A stretch of DNA of 64,000 nucleotides, from positions 1,820,066 to 1,884,065 of the forward strand of contig CAWCVK010000001.1 in NCBI GenBank assembly GCA_963799005.1. Direction: 5' to 3'. Both the position numbers and the translations under genes were made by a program. The DNA comes from Candidatus Dormiibacterota bacterium (GTDB lineage: Bacteria > Chloroflexota > Dormibacteria > Aeolococcales > Aeolococcaceae). Below are positions 19,132 to 30,533 of the stretch, one piece after another; within the stretch, counting starts at the first letter, position 1; each line of letters starts with the position of its first letter. The notes below the pieces were generated by a model. The model was not told where the DNA came from. It saw only the letters and a program-made list of their open reading frames with translations, and searched no databases.

Positions 19132-20547
19132 TCAAGCGGCTGGGGCTCCGGCGGCGGCGGGGCGGCGCATTGTCGAGGCGGCGTCGCGGTCGCGGATGGC
19201 GAGGGCGATGATGGCGCCGGCGAGGGTGAAGCCGGCGGCCGCGAAGAATGCCACCCGAAATACCGTCACATTGCCGCTCAGGCCCGCGGCGGCGCTCTGG
19301 GTGCCGATGATGGCCGACAGGGCGGCGACGCCCAGGGCCGCGGCGAGCTGCCGCTGCGCGTTGTAGAGCGCCGCGGCGCGCCCGGTGTCACGAGGGGAGA
19401 CCTGCGCGAAGACGCCCGCGTTCATCGAGATCACCACGTACGCCCAGCCGGCGCCGATGACGAACATCACGGCGCGGAAGACCCAGAGATTGCCCTCCAT
19501 CAGCAGCGCGAGCGCGCAGGTTCCGACGGTCACGCCGATCAGCCCGCCGCTGACCAGCCGGCGGGGACCGACGCGGGGATAGAGTCGCCCGACCAGCTGC
19601 GACGAGACCAGGACCCCGAGCGCCTCGGGAGCGGTGCTCGAACCTGACACCAGGGCCGACAGCCCGCGGCCGGTCTGGAGCCAGATCGGCGCGACGAAGA
19701 GCAGGCCGAGGAATCCCGCCGACGCGAACAGCGATGTCAGGTTGGCCACGCCGAAGAGACGGCGGCGCAGCAGCCTGAAGTCGATCATCGGCTGGCCGGC
19801 GTGCAACTCGACCCAGACGAGGGTGCCGATGAGCGCCGCTCCTCCCACCGCGGCGGCGTCGATCACCGGAGATGCCCAGCCGAGCGTGGCAGCCTCGCTG
19901 AGAGCGTAGAGGAGGAACCCGAACCCGGACGCTGCCAGGATGAAGCCGGCCAGATCGAACCGCTCGCCGGCGCGTTCGCGGTGCTCGGCGAGCTGCACGG
20001 CCCCGAAGACGAGCGCCGCCATACCGATCGGGACGTTGACGAAGAACACCCAGCGCCAGGAGAGGCTGTCGACCAGCGCGCCGCCGAGGAGCGGTCCTAG
20101 CGCCGGGGCGATCACGGTGGGGATCACCAGGATGCGTGCCACCCGCGCGCGCTGGGCGGGCGGATACGCGCGGTACAGCATGGCCATGCCCACCGGCGTG
20201 AGCATGCCGCCGCCAGCGCCCTGCAGGATCCGGAACAGCACCAGCTCGAGCACCGACTGGGACAGGCCGCAGAGCGCCGACGCGATCGTGAACAGGAAGA
20301 CCGCGATCAGGAAGGTTCGCTTGGTCCCGAATCGATCACCCACCCACCCGGAGGCAGGAATCCAGACCGCGAGGCTCACCAGGTAGCCGACCACGACGCC
20401 GTCGGTCGCCGCCGGGGTCACGTCGAAGTTGCGGGCGATCGCAGGCAGCGCAACATAGACGATCGTCGCGTCCATGATGGTCATGAACATGGCGACCACG
20501 TAGATGATCGCGATGACCTGCTGGTAGGAAAGTCTCACCGCGCGCAC
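19132..20547 (-). CDS. MFS transporter, DHA2 (14-TMS drug:H+ antiporter) type
   Basis: 471 aa; 'GDRFGTKRTFL' motif A-like loop and about 14 hydrophobic segments. Confidence 0.85.
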   Translation of the reverse strand: MRAVRLSYQQVIAIIYVVAMFMTIMDATIVYVALPAIARNFDVTPAATDGVVVGYLVSLAVWIPASGWVGDRFGTKRTFLIAVFLFTIASALCGLSQSVLELVLFRILQGAGGGMLTPVGMAMLYRAYPPAQRARVARILVIPTVIAPALGPLLGGALVDSLSWRWVFFVNVPIGMAALVFGAVQLAEHRERAGERFDLAGFILAASGFGFLLYALSEAATLGWASPVIDAAAVGGAALIGTLVWVELHAGQPMIDFRLLRRRLFGVANLTSLFASAGFLGLLFVAPIWLQTGRGLSALVSGSSTAPEALGVLVSSQLVGRLYPRVGPRRLVSGGLIGVTVGTCALALLMEGNLWVFRAVMFVIGAGWAYVVISMNAGVFAQVSPRDTGRAAALYNAQRQLAAALGVAALSAIIGTQSAAAGLSGNVTVFRVAFFAAAGFTLAGAIIALAIRDRDAASTMRRPAAAGAPAA

Positions 20548-20632
20548 GCGTCCATCCTCGCTCAGCGGTGCCGTGCGCCGCCCCCGGCCGCCGCTCGGTT
20601 TGGCTGCTGGGGCTGCGGGTAAGCTTCAGGGC

Positions 20633-21091
20633 ATGGAGATCAAGGAACTGGGGCACATCGTCCTTTACGTGCACAACATCGAGCGATCCGCCGCGTTCTA
20701 CGGCGACACCCTCGGGTGGAAGCAGCTGAAAGCCAGCCAGGACGGCCCGCTGGGCAGGGTGCCGGTCGCACTCTTCAGCAGCGGCCGGACTCACCATGAG
20801 CTGCTGCTCATCGAGGTGGGCGAGGACGCGCAACCGCTGCCTCGCGGCCGCCACGTCGGCCTCTATCACTTCGGCCTCAAGGTCGGCGACTCTGACGACG
20901 AGTTGCGTGCCGCAATCCGGCGTTGTGAGGAAGCCGGGGTGCACGTTGTGGGCACGAGCGATCACACCGTGAGCCACAGCCTGTACATCCTGGATCCCGA
21001 CGGCAACGAGATCGAACTGTACGTTGATGTCCCGGGCGTGAGCTGGGACCTGGAACATGTGATGGCGCCCGTGAAGGCGCTTGCTCTGTAA
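20633..21091 (+). CDS. VOC / glyoxalase-bleomycin resistance-dioxygenase family protein
   Basis: 'LGHIVLYVHNIERSAAFY', 'HHELLLIE', 'LYHFGLKV'. Confidence 0.8.
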   Translation: MEIKELGHIVLYVHNIERSAAFYGDTLGWKQLKASQDGPLGRVPVALFSSGRTHHELLLIEVGEDAQPLPRGRHVGLYHFGLKVGDSDDELRAAIRRCEEAGVHVVGTSDHTVSHSLYILDPDGNEIELYVDVPGVSWDLEHVMAPVKALAL

Positions 21092-21103
21092 GGAATTTCC
21101 GCC

Positions 21104-22069
21104 ATGCCTGCTGTGACCGTTGACGACATCACCGCGCTGCCGCACATCCCGCAACCCGACCCGGCGGCGACGTCGTTCCGCCCGGTGATCAGCGTCGCCA
21201 CCTCTCCTCACGGGCTCGAGGGCGAAGGATTCCCGGTGCGTCGCGCCTTCGCGGGCACGGACCCCGCGCTCATCGACCCGTTCATCCACATGGATCAGAT
21301 GGGTGAGGTGGAGTACGCGCCGGGCGAACCCAAGGGGACGCCCTGGCATCCGCATCGCGGCTTCGAGACCGTCACCTACATGATCGACGGCACCTTCCAG
21401 CACCAGGACTCCAACGGTGGAGGCGGCCTGATCACCAATGGCGACACCCAGTGGATGACCGCCGGTGCGGGCATCCTCCACATCGAACGCCCGCCGGAGG
21501 AGCTGATCGCGAGTGGCGGTCTCTTCCATGGTTTCCAGCTGTGGGTCAACCTTCCCGCCGCGCAGAAATGGGTCCCCGCCCGCTATCAGGATATCCGCGC
21601 CGGGAACGTCGCCCTGCTGACCTCGTACGACGGTGGCGCGCTGCTGCGTGTCATCGCGGGCGATGTTGCCGGCCATCGCGGACCAGGGATCACGCACACG
21701 CCGATCTCGCTCGCGCACGTGACCGTGAGCCCGGGTGCGCGGCTGGTGCTGCCGTGGCCGCGTGATTTCAACGCGCTGATCTACGCGCTCGGCGGCAGCG
21801 GGACGGTTGGCGAGGAGCGGCGGCCGATCGAGTCAGGCCAGCTCGCTGCGCTCGGCGACGGTGACGTGATCACCGCAACCGCCGGAACCCACCAGGAGAG
21901 CCGGCATCCCAACCTGGACCTTCTGATCCTCGGCGGGCGTCCGATCCGCGAGCCGGTGGCGCACTACGGACCGTTCGTGATGAACACCCATGCGGAGATC
22001 GCGCAGGCGCTGGCCGACTACCAGGCGGGCAGGATGGGCACGGTTCCCGCCGACCACATCGGCAACTGA
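21104..22069 (+). CDS. pirin-family protein
   Basis: 'WHPHRGFETVTYMIDG'; 321 aa bicupin length. Confidence 0.9.
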   Translation: MPAVTVDDITALPHIPQPDPAATSFRPVISVATSPHGLEGEGFPVRRAFAGTDPALIDPFIHMDQMGEVEYAPGEPKGTPWHPHRGFETVTYMIDGTFQHQDSNGGGGLITNGDTQWMTAGAGILHIERPPEELIASGGLFHGFQLWVNLPAAQKWVPARYQDIRAGNVALLTSYDGGALLRVIAGDVAGHRGPGITHTPISLAHVTVSPGARLVLPWPRDFNALIYALGGSGTVGEERRPIESGQLAALGDGDVITATAGTHQESRHPNLDLLILGGRPIREPVAHYGPFVMNTHAEIAQALADYQAGRMGTVPADHIGN

Positions 22070-22073
22070 CCCC

Positions 22074-23531
22074 CTACAGCCCGTAGGTCTCGAGAAGGCG
22101 GAGCCAGATCTCACTGATCGTGGGATAGGACGGGACGGCGTGCCACAGCCGGTCGAGCGGGACTTCGCCCACCACCGCGACCGTCGCGGCGTGGATCAGG
22201 TCGCCGACCCCTGGGCCGGTGAAGGTCACGCCGACGATGACCTTGCGGTCCTCGTCGACGACCATGCGGGCGTGCCCCGTGTAGCCGTCCGCGATCAAGC
22301 CGGCGCCTGAGACGTCGCCGATCTCGTAATCGATCGAGCGAACGCGAAGGCCCGCGGCCACCGCCTTGTCATGCGTCAGCCCAACCGCGGAAACCTCCGG
22401 GTCGGTGAACACCACCTGGGGCACGGCGGCATGGTCGGCGGTGGCCGAATACGTCGACCAGGGTGGCGGATCGCCCGATAGCTCCCCCTTGACGCGCGCC
22501 ACGATCGCGTCACCGCAGGCGCGAGCCTGGTACTTCCCCATGTGGGTGAGCAGGGCCCGATGGTTGAGGTCGCCGGCTGCGTAGAGCCAGCCGCCGCCGC
22601 CCTCGACCCGACAGGTGTCGTCGACGTTGAGCCACGCGCCGGGACGCAGTCCGACGGTGTCGAGACCGATCTCGTCGGTCCGGGGAGCTCTCCCGGTCGC
22701 CACCAGCAGCTGATCGCCGGTGAGCGCTCTCCGGCTACCGCCTTCGAGGCCGGCGATCTCCACGGTGACCTCGCCATTGGCCGCACGCGTGACCCGTTCG
22801 GTGGCAGTGCTGAGGAGGACGTCGATGCCACGCTGCCGGAAGGACGAGAGCACCGCCTCACCCGCGAAATCCTCGGTGTTGCCGAGGACGCGGTCATCGC
22901 GGACGACCACCGTCACCTCCTCGCTGCCGAGGCTCTTGAACGCGTCGGCCATCTCGCAGGCCACGACACCGCCGCCGATGATGACCAGGCGGCGCGGCAC
23001 CGCCTGGGCGCTGGTGGCCTCATGGCTCGTCCACGCACCGGCGGATTCGATGCCGGGGATCGGCGGGATCGCTGCTCTGCTGCCGGTGGAGAGCGCGACA
23101 GCGTGCCGAGCTGTGAGCGTGAACTCCGGACCGTCTGATGGTGCGACGGTCACCCGCCGCTCTCCGGCGAGACGTCCCCGGCCTCGGGCGAGGTCGATGC
23201 GATTGCGCTCCAGCCATTCGACCTGACTGTCGTCCTTCCAGTGCGACGTGAACCTGTCGCGGCGGCGGAAGACGGCGGCACTGTCGATCACGCCGGTCAC
23301 CGCCTGGGCGGCGCCATCCACTGCCTGCGCAGCACGGAGCGCCTGTCCACTCCGCAGCAGCGCCTTGCTCGGCATGCACGCCCAGTAGGAGCAGTCGCCC
23401 CCGATGAGCTCGCTCTCCACGACCGCGCAGCTCAGGCCGCCTTTGCTGATCCGCCCCGCCACGTTCTCGCCGGTCGACCCCGCACCGACGACGATTACGT
23501 CGTACTCACCGTCGCGATCGATCAGGGGCAT
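22074..23531 (-). CDS. FAD-dependent pyridine nucleotide-disulfide oxidoreductase (dihydrolipoyl dehydrogenase / mycothione reductase-like family)
   Basis: 'VIVVGAGSTGENVAG', redox-active 'GGDCSYWACMPSK', second Rossmann 'LVIIGGGVVACE'. Confidence 0.88.
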   Translation of the reverse strand: MPLIDRDGEYDVIVVGAGSTGENVAGRISKGGLSCAVVESELIGGDCSYWACMPSKALLRSGQALRAAQAVDGAAQAVTGVIDSAAVFRRRDRFTSHWKDDSQVEWLERNRIDLARGRGRLAGERRVTVAPSDGPEFTLTARHAVALSTGSRAAIPPIPGIESAGAWTSHEATSAQAVPRRLVIIGGGVVACEMADAFKSLGSEEVTVVVRDDRVLGNTEDFAGEAVLSSFRQRGIDVLLSTATERVTRAANGEVTVEIAGLEGGSRRALTGDQLLVATGRAPRTDEIGLDTVGLRPGAWLNVDDTCRVEGGGGWLYAAGDLNHRALLTHMGKYQARACGDAIVARVKGELSGDPPPWSTYSATADHAAVPQVVFTDPEVSAVGLTHDKAVAAGLRVRSIDYEIGDVSGAGLIADGYTGHARMVVDEDRKVIVGVTFTGPGVGDLIHAATVAVVGEVPLDRLWHAVPSYPTISEIWLRLLETYGL

Positions 23532-23569
23532 GGATGCGCCTCCAGGTGGTGATCAGCAGGTGCTGCCGT

Positions 23570-24700
23570 TCAGGCGACGTGGATGGGCTCGCGCGCCGGC
23601 GGCGTGGGCGCACCGCGCACGTCGAGCCCCGGGTCCTGGCCGGCGATGTCATCCTCGGCGGGGTCAAGATCGGAGGGGTCGCGGTGGCGGCGGAACAGCA
23701 GCGTGCTGCCGATGCCGGCGACCGGCAGGGAGACGGCGAGGTCGATCGCCTGCAGGGTGAGGCCGGCGCCGACCGCGAGCCCGCCGCCGACGCCTTCGAG
23801 CAGCAGCGCTCCCGCCCACCACGCCTGTCCGGTGCCGATGCCCGCGATCCCCTGGATCGGGATGGTCAGCAGCAGCGTGCGGATGGACAGCACGAACCAC
23901 GTTTGCCAGAAGCCGAGGTGGAGCCCGACCATGCTCATCAGCGCCGCGTACTGCACGGCGGTGGCGAGCCTGCAGAAGATCGTGCTGCCGACCAGGTTCG
24001 CCCAGCGTGCCCGGCTGTTGAGCTCGTCGAGCTCGGCCTCGGCTCTCGCCGCAAGGGACGCCAGCCTCGGCACCCGAGCCGCGAGCCGGGTAACGAGCGT
24101 CCGCGGCCCCGGAATGATCAGTGAGAGGAGCACCCCCAGCCCGACGATGAAGGCGCCCGCGGCCGCCAGGATGACCGGTGGCGGCTCCACGGTCGTGGTG
24201 AAGAAGGACGCCACCACGGCGACCAGCGACAGGCTGACGACGTCGAGCACCCTGGCGACGATCGCGCTGCCCGAGCCGCGGGCGACGCCCACCGAGAACC
24301 GGGTCCGCGCCAGGGCGACGAAGGTGACGTCGGCGGAGGGGCCGGGGAGCAGCAGCCCAGCCCCCCATGAAGCGGCGGTCGCGCCGAGGAGTTCGCGTGC
24401 GCTGCCGCGACGCCTCGGCAGGAGCGCCGCGAAACGCCAGGCCCTCCCGACGAGGAAGCAGGCGGCGCCGAGCGCCGCGATGGCGACGGATCCAACCGAG
24501 GGATTGATGCCCTGCCAGCGGACGTTGTGCCCACCGAGCAGCCGCCAGGCGAGCAGCAGGACGAGGACGGTGACGACGCTTGTGATCGCCGCCCGGAGCA
24601 GAAGCCCACGGCGAGCAGAACCCGAGATCGACACGAAAGCTGATTGTCGCTCTTTTGTCCGCCCCCGGGGCGATCCGTCGTGCCCGTCAGGTGCGTTCAT
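23570..24700 (-). CDS. flippase-like membrane protein (UPF0104 / LPG-synthase-TM family)
   Basis: Polytopic, about 8 TM; divergent from the sqdB operon. Family call is from overall pattern only; start is ATG 24700 or 24763. Confidence 0.6.
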   Translation of the reverse strand: MNAPDGHDGSPRGRTKERQSAFVSISGSARRGLLLRAAITSVVTVLVLLLAWRLLGGHNVRWQGINPSVGSVAIAALGAACFLVGRAWRFAALLPRRRGSARELLGATAASWGAGLLLPGPSADVTFVALARTRFSVGVARGSGSAIVARVLDVVSLSLVAVVASFFTTTVEPPPVILAAAGAFIVGLGVLLSLIIPGPRTLVTRLAARVPRLASLAARAEAELDELNSRARWANLVGSTIFCRLATAVQYAALMSMVGLHLGFWQTWFVLSIRTLLLTIPIQGIAGIGTGQAWWAGALLLEGVGGGLAVGAGLTLQAIDLAVSLPVAGIGSTLLFRRHRDPSDLDPAEDDIAGQDPGLDVRGAPTPPAREPIHVA

Positions 24701-24789
24701 TTCTCGCTTTTCGGGCGGTCGATTGACGGGCTTCTGTGGCCACTGGGAGGACGGTGTAGGCATAATCCCAGGTCATCACCCCTTTGTAA

Positions 24790-26067
<1,278 letters not shown>

Positions 26068-26072
26068 CGCGG

Positions 26073-26816
26073 GTGGCGCTCGCCGAGGTCGACGTCAGCC
26101 TGACGATCCCGGCCCACAACGAGGCTGAGAACATCGGGCGCGTCCTCAAGGACGTGATGCCTGTGCTCGCCGAAGGGGGTCGAAGCTACGAGATCGTGCT
26201 CGTCGATGACGGGAGCCGCGACGACACTGCCGGTGCCGCGCGCGCCGCGATGGGGGAAGCAGCCCGGAACCTCACCGTGGTCACCCACCGGCAGCAGCTC
26301 GGCTACGCCGTCACCGTCTGCGACGGGCTACGCGCGTCGCGGGGCAGGATTCTGGCGTTCATGGACGGCGACGGCCAGTTCGATCCACCCGACCTCGGCC
26401 GCGTGATCGCGGCGCTCGACCACGCGGACATGATCGCCGGAATCCGTGTCCGCCGAGCCGACCCCTGGTATCGGTCCTTCGTGAGTGGCGTCTACAACCG
26501 GGTGGTCCGGGTCGCCTTCGGCATCCACGAACTCGACTTCGACTGCGGCCTCAAGGCTTTCACCCGCGAGTTATGGGACGCGGTCACCCCCATCCGCGCC
26601 CGCTCCGCCGTGTTCAATCCCGAGATCTTCTTCAAGGCCCACCGCCTGGGGTTTCGGGTGATCCAGATGCGCGTCGAGCACCTGCCCCGGCTCGCCGGCC
26701 GCCGCTCCGGCGGGCGGCTCATCCCGGTCGCCCGAGCGATGCGCGACGTGATTCGCCTTCGCGTGTCACTGGCGATGACCTGGCGACCGGAGGGCGCCCG
26801 CCGGGAGCGAGCCTAG
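26073..26816 (+). CDS. GT2 glycosyltransferase, polyprenyl-phosphate sugar synthase-like (DPM1/GtrB/ArnC type)
   Basis: 'SLTIPAHNEAENI', 'VLVDDGSRDDT', 'MDGDGQFD'; GTG lies 6 nt after the sqdB stop. Confidence 0.85.
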   Translation: MALAEVDVSLTIPAHNEAENIGRVLKDVMPVLAEGGRSYEIVLVDDGSRDDTAGAARAAMGEAARNLTVVTHRQQLGYAVTVCDGLRASRGRILAFMDGDGQFDPPDLGRVIAALDHADMIAGIRVRRADPWYRSFVSGVYNRVVRVAFGIHELDFDCGLKAFTRELWDAVTPIRARSAVFNPEIFFKAHRLGFRVIQMRVEHLPRLAGRRSGGRLIPVARAMRDVIRLRVSLAMTWRPEGARRERA

Positions 26817-28352
26817 GTGCGCAGAGCGGCGATTCCGGGACTGGTCACCCTGGTGATCCTTCGTCTCCCTTCGTTCTTGGAGCCTCACTGGTACACGGAC
26901 GAGGCGGGATACGTGAACGTCGCCCGCGAGCTGCTCGACGGCAAGATCCTCTACGCGCAGACGTGGAACAACAAGCCACCGGGCATGCTCTGGACGATCG
27001 CGCTCGAGGTGAAGCTCTTCGGAACCAGCGAGATCGGGTTGCACGTCCTGACGCTGATCAGCGGAATGGCCGCCATCGCCGCCATCGTGTGGGCGGCCGG
27101 CCGCCTCTACACGCCCCGGCGCGCGCTCGTGGCGGGCGTGATCGCCGCGCTGATCCTGGGACCCCCATTCGTCGACGCCGAGCTCGCGCTTCCCGAGAGC
27201 CTGATGATCGCACCCCTCACATGGGGCGGCGCCATCGTCCTGGTGCGGATCCTGCGCGGCGATCGGACCTCCGGTACGCGCCGCATCCCCCGCTGGCCGC
27301 TCGCCGCCGGCGTGCTCATGGCTGTCGCCATCGCTTACCAGCAGACGGCGGTGGCCGAGACCTCGGCCTTCTTCGTCGCCATGCTCCTGGCCCCGAACCT
27401 GCTCCGTCGCGACGCCTTCGTCTTCCTGGGAACGGTGGTCGCAATCACCCTCGCCTGGCTGACCGCCGCCGTGGTCACGGCGGGCGCCGGCACCGTTGCG
27501 TTCGCGCTCGCCGGCTTCTACGTGAGCTACACCCAGAAGGCGCTCCCGTCGAGCGCCGCCGGCGGCTTCGCGCACTTCGGCCTCGCCGTCGCTGCGGCCG
27601 TGCTGATCGCCGCCGGAGCGTTCGCAAATCGCCGCCGCCCCCGGGTTGACTGGGTGATCGCGCTCTGGGCGGGGGCCACCCTGGTGGTCACCGCGGTCGC
27701 CGGGCAACCGTATCCCCACTTCCTCGAGCCCGCGGTGGCCCCGCTCACCCTGCTGGTCGCGGGGGTCTCGGTGCCGGCCGCGAGCCGGTTTCGCGCGGGC
27801 GGCCGGGACTCGCTCGTCGGCCCCGGGCTGCAGGTCGCGGGCCTGGTGATCGCGATCCTGACCGCGAAGGTCGCGGGCATCGACTGGCTCCCTGTCTGGC
27901 CGTTGGCAGGCAACTCCCACACCCTGAGCGCTTACTACGCTGGCGCTGCCGTCGCCGCTTTCGACACGACGTCTCGGGCCACGTGGCGGGACGACTTCGA
28001 CTACCGCGTCGCCGGGGACGCGGACGCCGCCGCCTGGATCACGTCCCACGGGTTGAGTGGCGACACCGCGGTCGTCTGGTCCTATGACGCGTGGGTCTAC
28101 GCGCTCGCAAACTTGCAGGTCGACATGCCGACGCCGCCGATCTACAACGACGAGGTCCTCCTCGGGTATGGCGGCCCTGTCGAGCAGTACGTGGCGAACC
28201 GGCGTCCGGTGATCATCGTGGTCGACGCCCAGGCGCAGGCGCTCTTCCCCGAAATCGGGACGCTGCTCGCCGGCGGGGAGTACGTCAGCGTGCACGACAG
28301 CTACCCGGACACGGTGTGGGTCCGGGCCGACACCGCTCGCACCCTCCCGTGA
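26817..28352 (+). CDS. GT-C fold membrane glycosyltransferase (PMT_2 / ArnT-like)
   Basis: 511 aa polytopic; first-loop acidic motif 'HWYTDEAGYVNVA' and 'NNKPPGMLW'; GTG abuts the GT2 stop codon. Confidence 0.75.
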   Translation: MRRAAIPGLVTLVILRLPSFLEPHWYTDEAGYVNVARELLDGKILYAQTWNNKPPGMLWTIALEVKLFGTSEIGLHVLTLISGMAAIAAIVWAAGRLYTPRRALVAGVIAALILGPPFVDAELALPESLMIAPLTWGGAIVLVRILRGDRTSGTRRIPRWPLAAGVLMAVAIAYQQTAVAETSAFFVAMLLAPNLLRRDAFVFLGTVVAITLAWLTAAVVTAGAGTVAFALAGFYVSYTQKALPSSAAGGFAHFGLAVAAAVLIAAGAFANRRRPRVDWVIALWAGATLVVTAVAGQPYPHFLEPAVAPLTLLVAGVSVPAASRFRAGGRDSLVGPGLQVAGLVIAILTAKVAGIDWLPVWPLAGNSHTLSAYYAGAAVAAFDTTSRATWRDDFDYRVAGDADAAAWITSHGLSGDTAVVWSYDAWVYALANLQVDMPTPPIYNDEVLLGYGGPVEQYVANRRPVIIVVDAQAQALFPEIGTLLAGGEYVSVHDSYPDTVWVRADTARTLP

Positions 28353-29588
28353 GCGCCATCGGCTTCATCGCGCGTGCCCAGCGGCACCACGTGGATCGCC
28401 TCCTGCTCGGGGCGCTCATCGTGGTCTTCGCCGGCTTCGCCGTCGCGTACACGCGCATCACCCCGATCGGGGCGTCGCCCGACGAGCTGTCGCACCTCAA
28501 CTACATCAACGGCATCGCGGACCACCTCCGGCTGCCGCCGGCAGGCGAGCCCGAACGTCAGCAGCCGCCCCTCTACTACCTCCTGGGTGCGATCGTCGCG
28601 AAGGGAACGGGGAACGATCCACGCCTGGTGCGGTTGCTCTCGGTGGTCCTCGGCGTGCTCACGATCCTCGCCGTCCACGCCGTGGCCCGGCGCCTCTTCC
28701 CGCGCAGGCCGGCGCTCGCGGTTGGCGCCGCCGCCCTGGTGGCACTCCTCCCCGAGGCGCAGTACCTGGCAGGTTCGATCAACGACGACAACCTCGCCTG
28801 GCTCGCCGGCGCTCTGCTCGTGCTCGCCGGGGTCGTCGTGATGCAGAGCGACGTGCTCACGCCGCGCCTTGCGCTCGGTGCCGGGATAGCCGTCGCCCTC
28901 GCCGCGCTGGCCAAGGAAACCGTGTGGCTCCTGGCGCTGCTGCTCCTGGCGCTGGTCGTCGTGCGCTTTTGGCGGCAGCTCCGCGCCGTCCAGGCGGCGG
29001 CGCTGGTCGTGCCGGCGATCGTGCTCGCCGGCTGGTGGTTCGTGCGCAACGCGGTGGTCTTCGGGAGCCCGCTCCCACCCCTGCACCCGATCACCGCCCA
29101 GCGCCAGGTGCTCGAACTCGCTCGCCCAGGTGAGCGCCTACCTGTCCGCTACCGCGGTGAGCCTGGTGGGGATGTACGGGAACGGCGCCAAGCTGGTGAA
29201 GATCTCGATTCTCGGGGTGCAGCCCCTGCCCGGCTCGGTGGCCGTCGCCGCGATCGCCGTCATCATGATCGCCGCCTGCGTCGCGGTGGCGCGTTCGTGG
29301 GCGACGTGGGACGCAGTGCGGCGCCGGGTCGCGCTCCTCCTCCTGGCTGTGCTCCTGGTTGCGGCGGTGCAGTCGGTGCTGAACTCCGCGACCTTCGATC
29401 TCCAGCCCCAGGCGCGCTACCTGCTCGTGGCTGTGGCCGCTGGGGCACCGATCCTCGCGTGGACGATCGCGTGGCGGCGAACCGGCCCGCTCTCGATGGC
29501 TCGGGGCGCGGCGATCGCGGGGCTGGTGGCGCTCGCGCTGGTGCTCGATGTCTCCGGCCTGATCACCGCGGCACGCATCGCCGCGTGA
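28349..29588 (+). pseudogene. second GT-C fold membrane glycosyltransferase; frame switches near 29121-29130
   Basis: GTGA overlap with the upstream gene; 'ASPDELSHLNYI', 'QQPPLYYLLGA'. After '...QRQVLELA' this frame turns Arg/Gly-rich, while TM-like sequence continues in track ORF 29130..29588. Confidence 0.6.
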
Positions 29589-30533
29589 TCATCGGGCTTC
29601 GCGGCGGAAGCTCTCAAGAGTGCGCGCCAGTCCGTCGTCGAGGCTGACGCTCGGGTTCCATCCCAGGCGATCCGCCGCGAGCGAGTTGTCGAGGGCGCTG
29701 CGCGTCACCTCGCCGCCTGGGAGAGGCTCGTGCTCGGGCTCCCCGTGGAAGGCGGCGAGCGCACAGAGGCGCCGCACCAGATCGCCGATCCCGGTCTCGC
29801 GACCGGTGCCGATGTTGAGCGCGCCGCTCACGTCCGAGGCGAGCCCCAGCATGTTGGCCGCGACGATATCGCCCACGTAGGTGAAATCGCGGGTCTGGGC
29901 GCCGTCGCCGCGGATCACCGGCGCCCTGCCGGCGAGCAGCCGGTGAATGGAGATCGCAACCACGCCCGCCTCGCCCGTGCCGTCCTGCCCCGGGCCGTAG
30001 ACGTTCGCGTAGCGAAGCGCGAGCCCGTCGAGGGCGCCGGCCCGCGTGAAGTGCTCGAGGTAGTGCTCGATGCTGAGCTTGGCAGCGCCGTAGGGCGAGC
30101 GCGGCTGAGGCGGCTCGTCCTCGGGCGTCGGCAGGCGGCGGGTCGCGCCATAGAGCGCGCCGCCGGAGGATGCGACCACGACCCGCCGGCACCCGGCGGT
30201 GATCGCCGCGACGAGCACGCTCACCGTTCCGAGCACGTTGATGCGCGCGTCCGCTGCCGGCTCGCGCCAGGATCGATTGACCCCGCCCTGCGCTGCCAGG
30301 TGAAGGATCGCCGCCGGTTTCCAGGATTCGATGGCGGCGCGCGCCGCCTCTCCGGCGACATCGGCCACCTCGAGGCGAGCGCCGCCGGGGAGCGGCAGGT
30401 GGGAGCGGTGACGAAGATCGTCGACGACGAGCACCTCCGCTCCGGATTCGAGCAGCGCCTCGACGCTGTGGACGCCGATGAAGCCCGCGCCCCCGGTCAC
30501 CGCAACCCGTCGGGCGTGCAGCTGCGCGGCCAT
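29589..30533 (-). CDS. NAD-dependent epimerase/dehydratase (GalE-like)
   Basis: 'VAVTGGAGFIGVHSVEALL', catalytic 'YGAAKLSIEHY'; ATG shares a base with the upstream stop. Confidence 0.88.
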   Translation of the reverse strand: MAAQLHARRVAVTGGAGFIGVHSVEALLESGAEVLVVDDLRHRSHLPLPGGARLEVADVAGEAARAAIESWKPAAILHLAAQGGVNRSWREPAADARINVLGTVSVLVAAITAGCRRVVVASSGGALYGATRRLPTPEDEPPQPRSPYGAAKLSIEHYLEHFTRAGALDGLALRYANVYGPGQDGTGEAGVVAISIHRLLAGRAPVIRGDGAQTRDFTYVGDIVAANMLGLASDVSGALNIGTGRETGIGDLVRRLCALAAFHGEPEHEPLPGGEVTRSALDNSLAADRLGWNPSVSLDDGLARTLESFRREAR

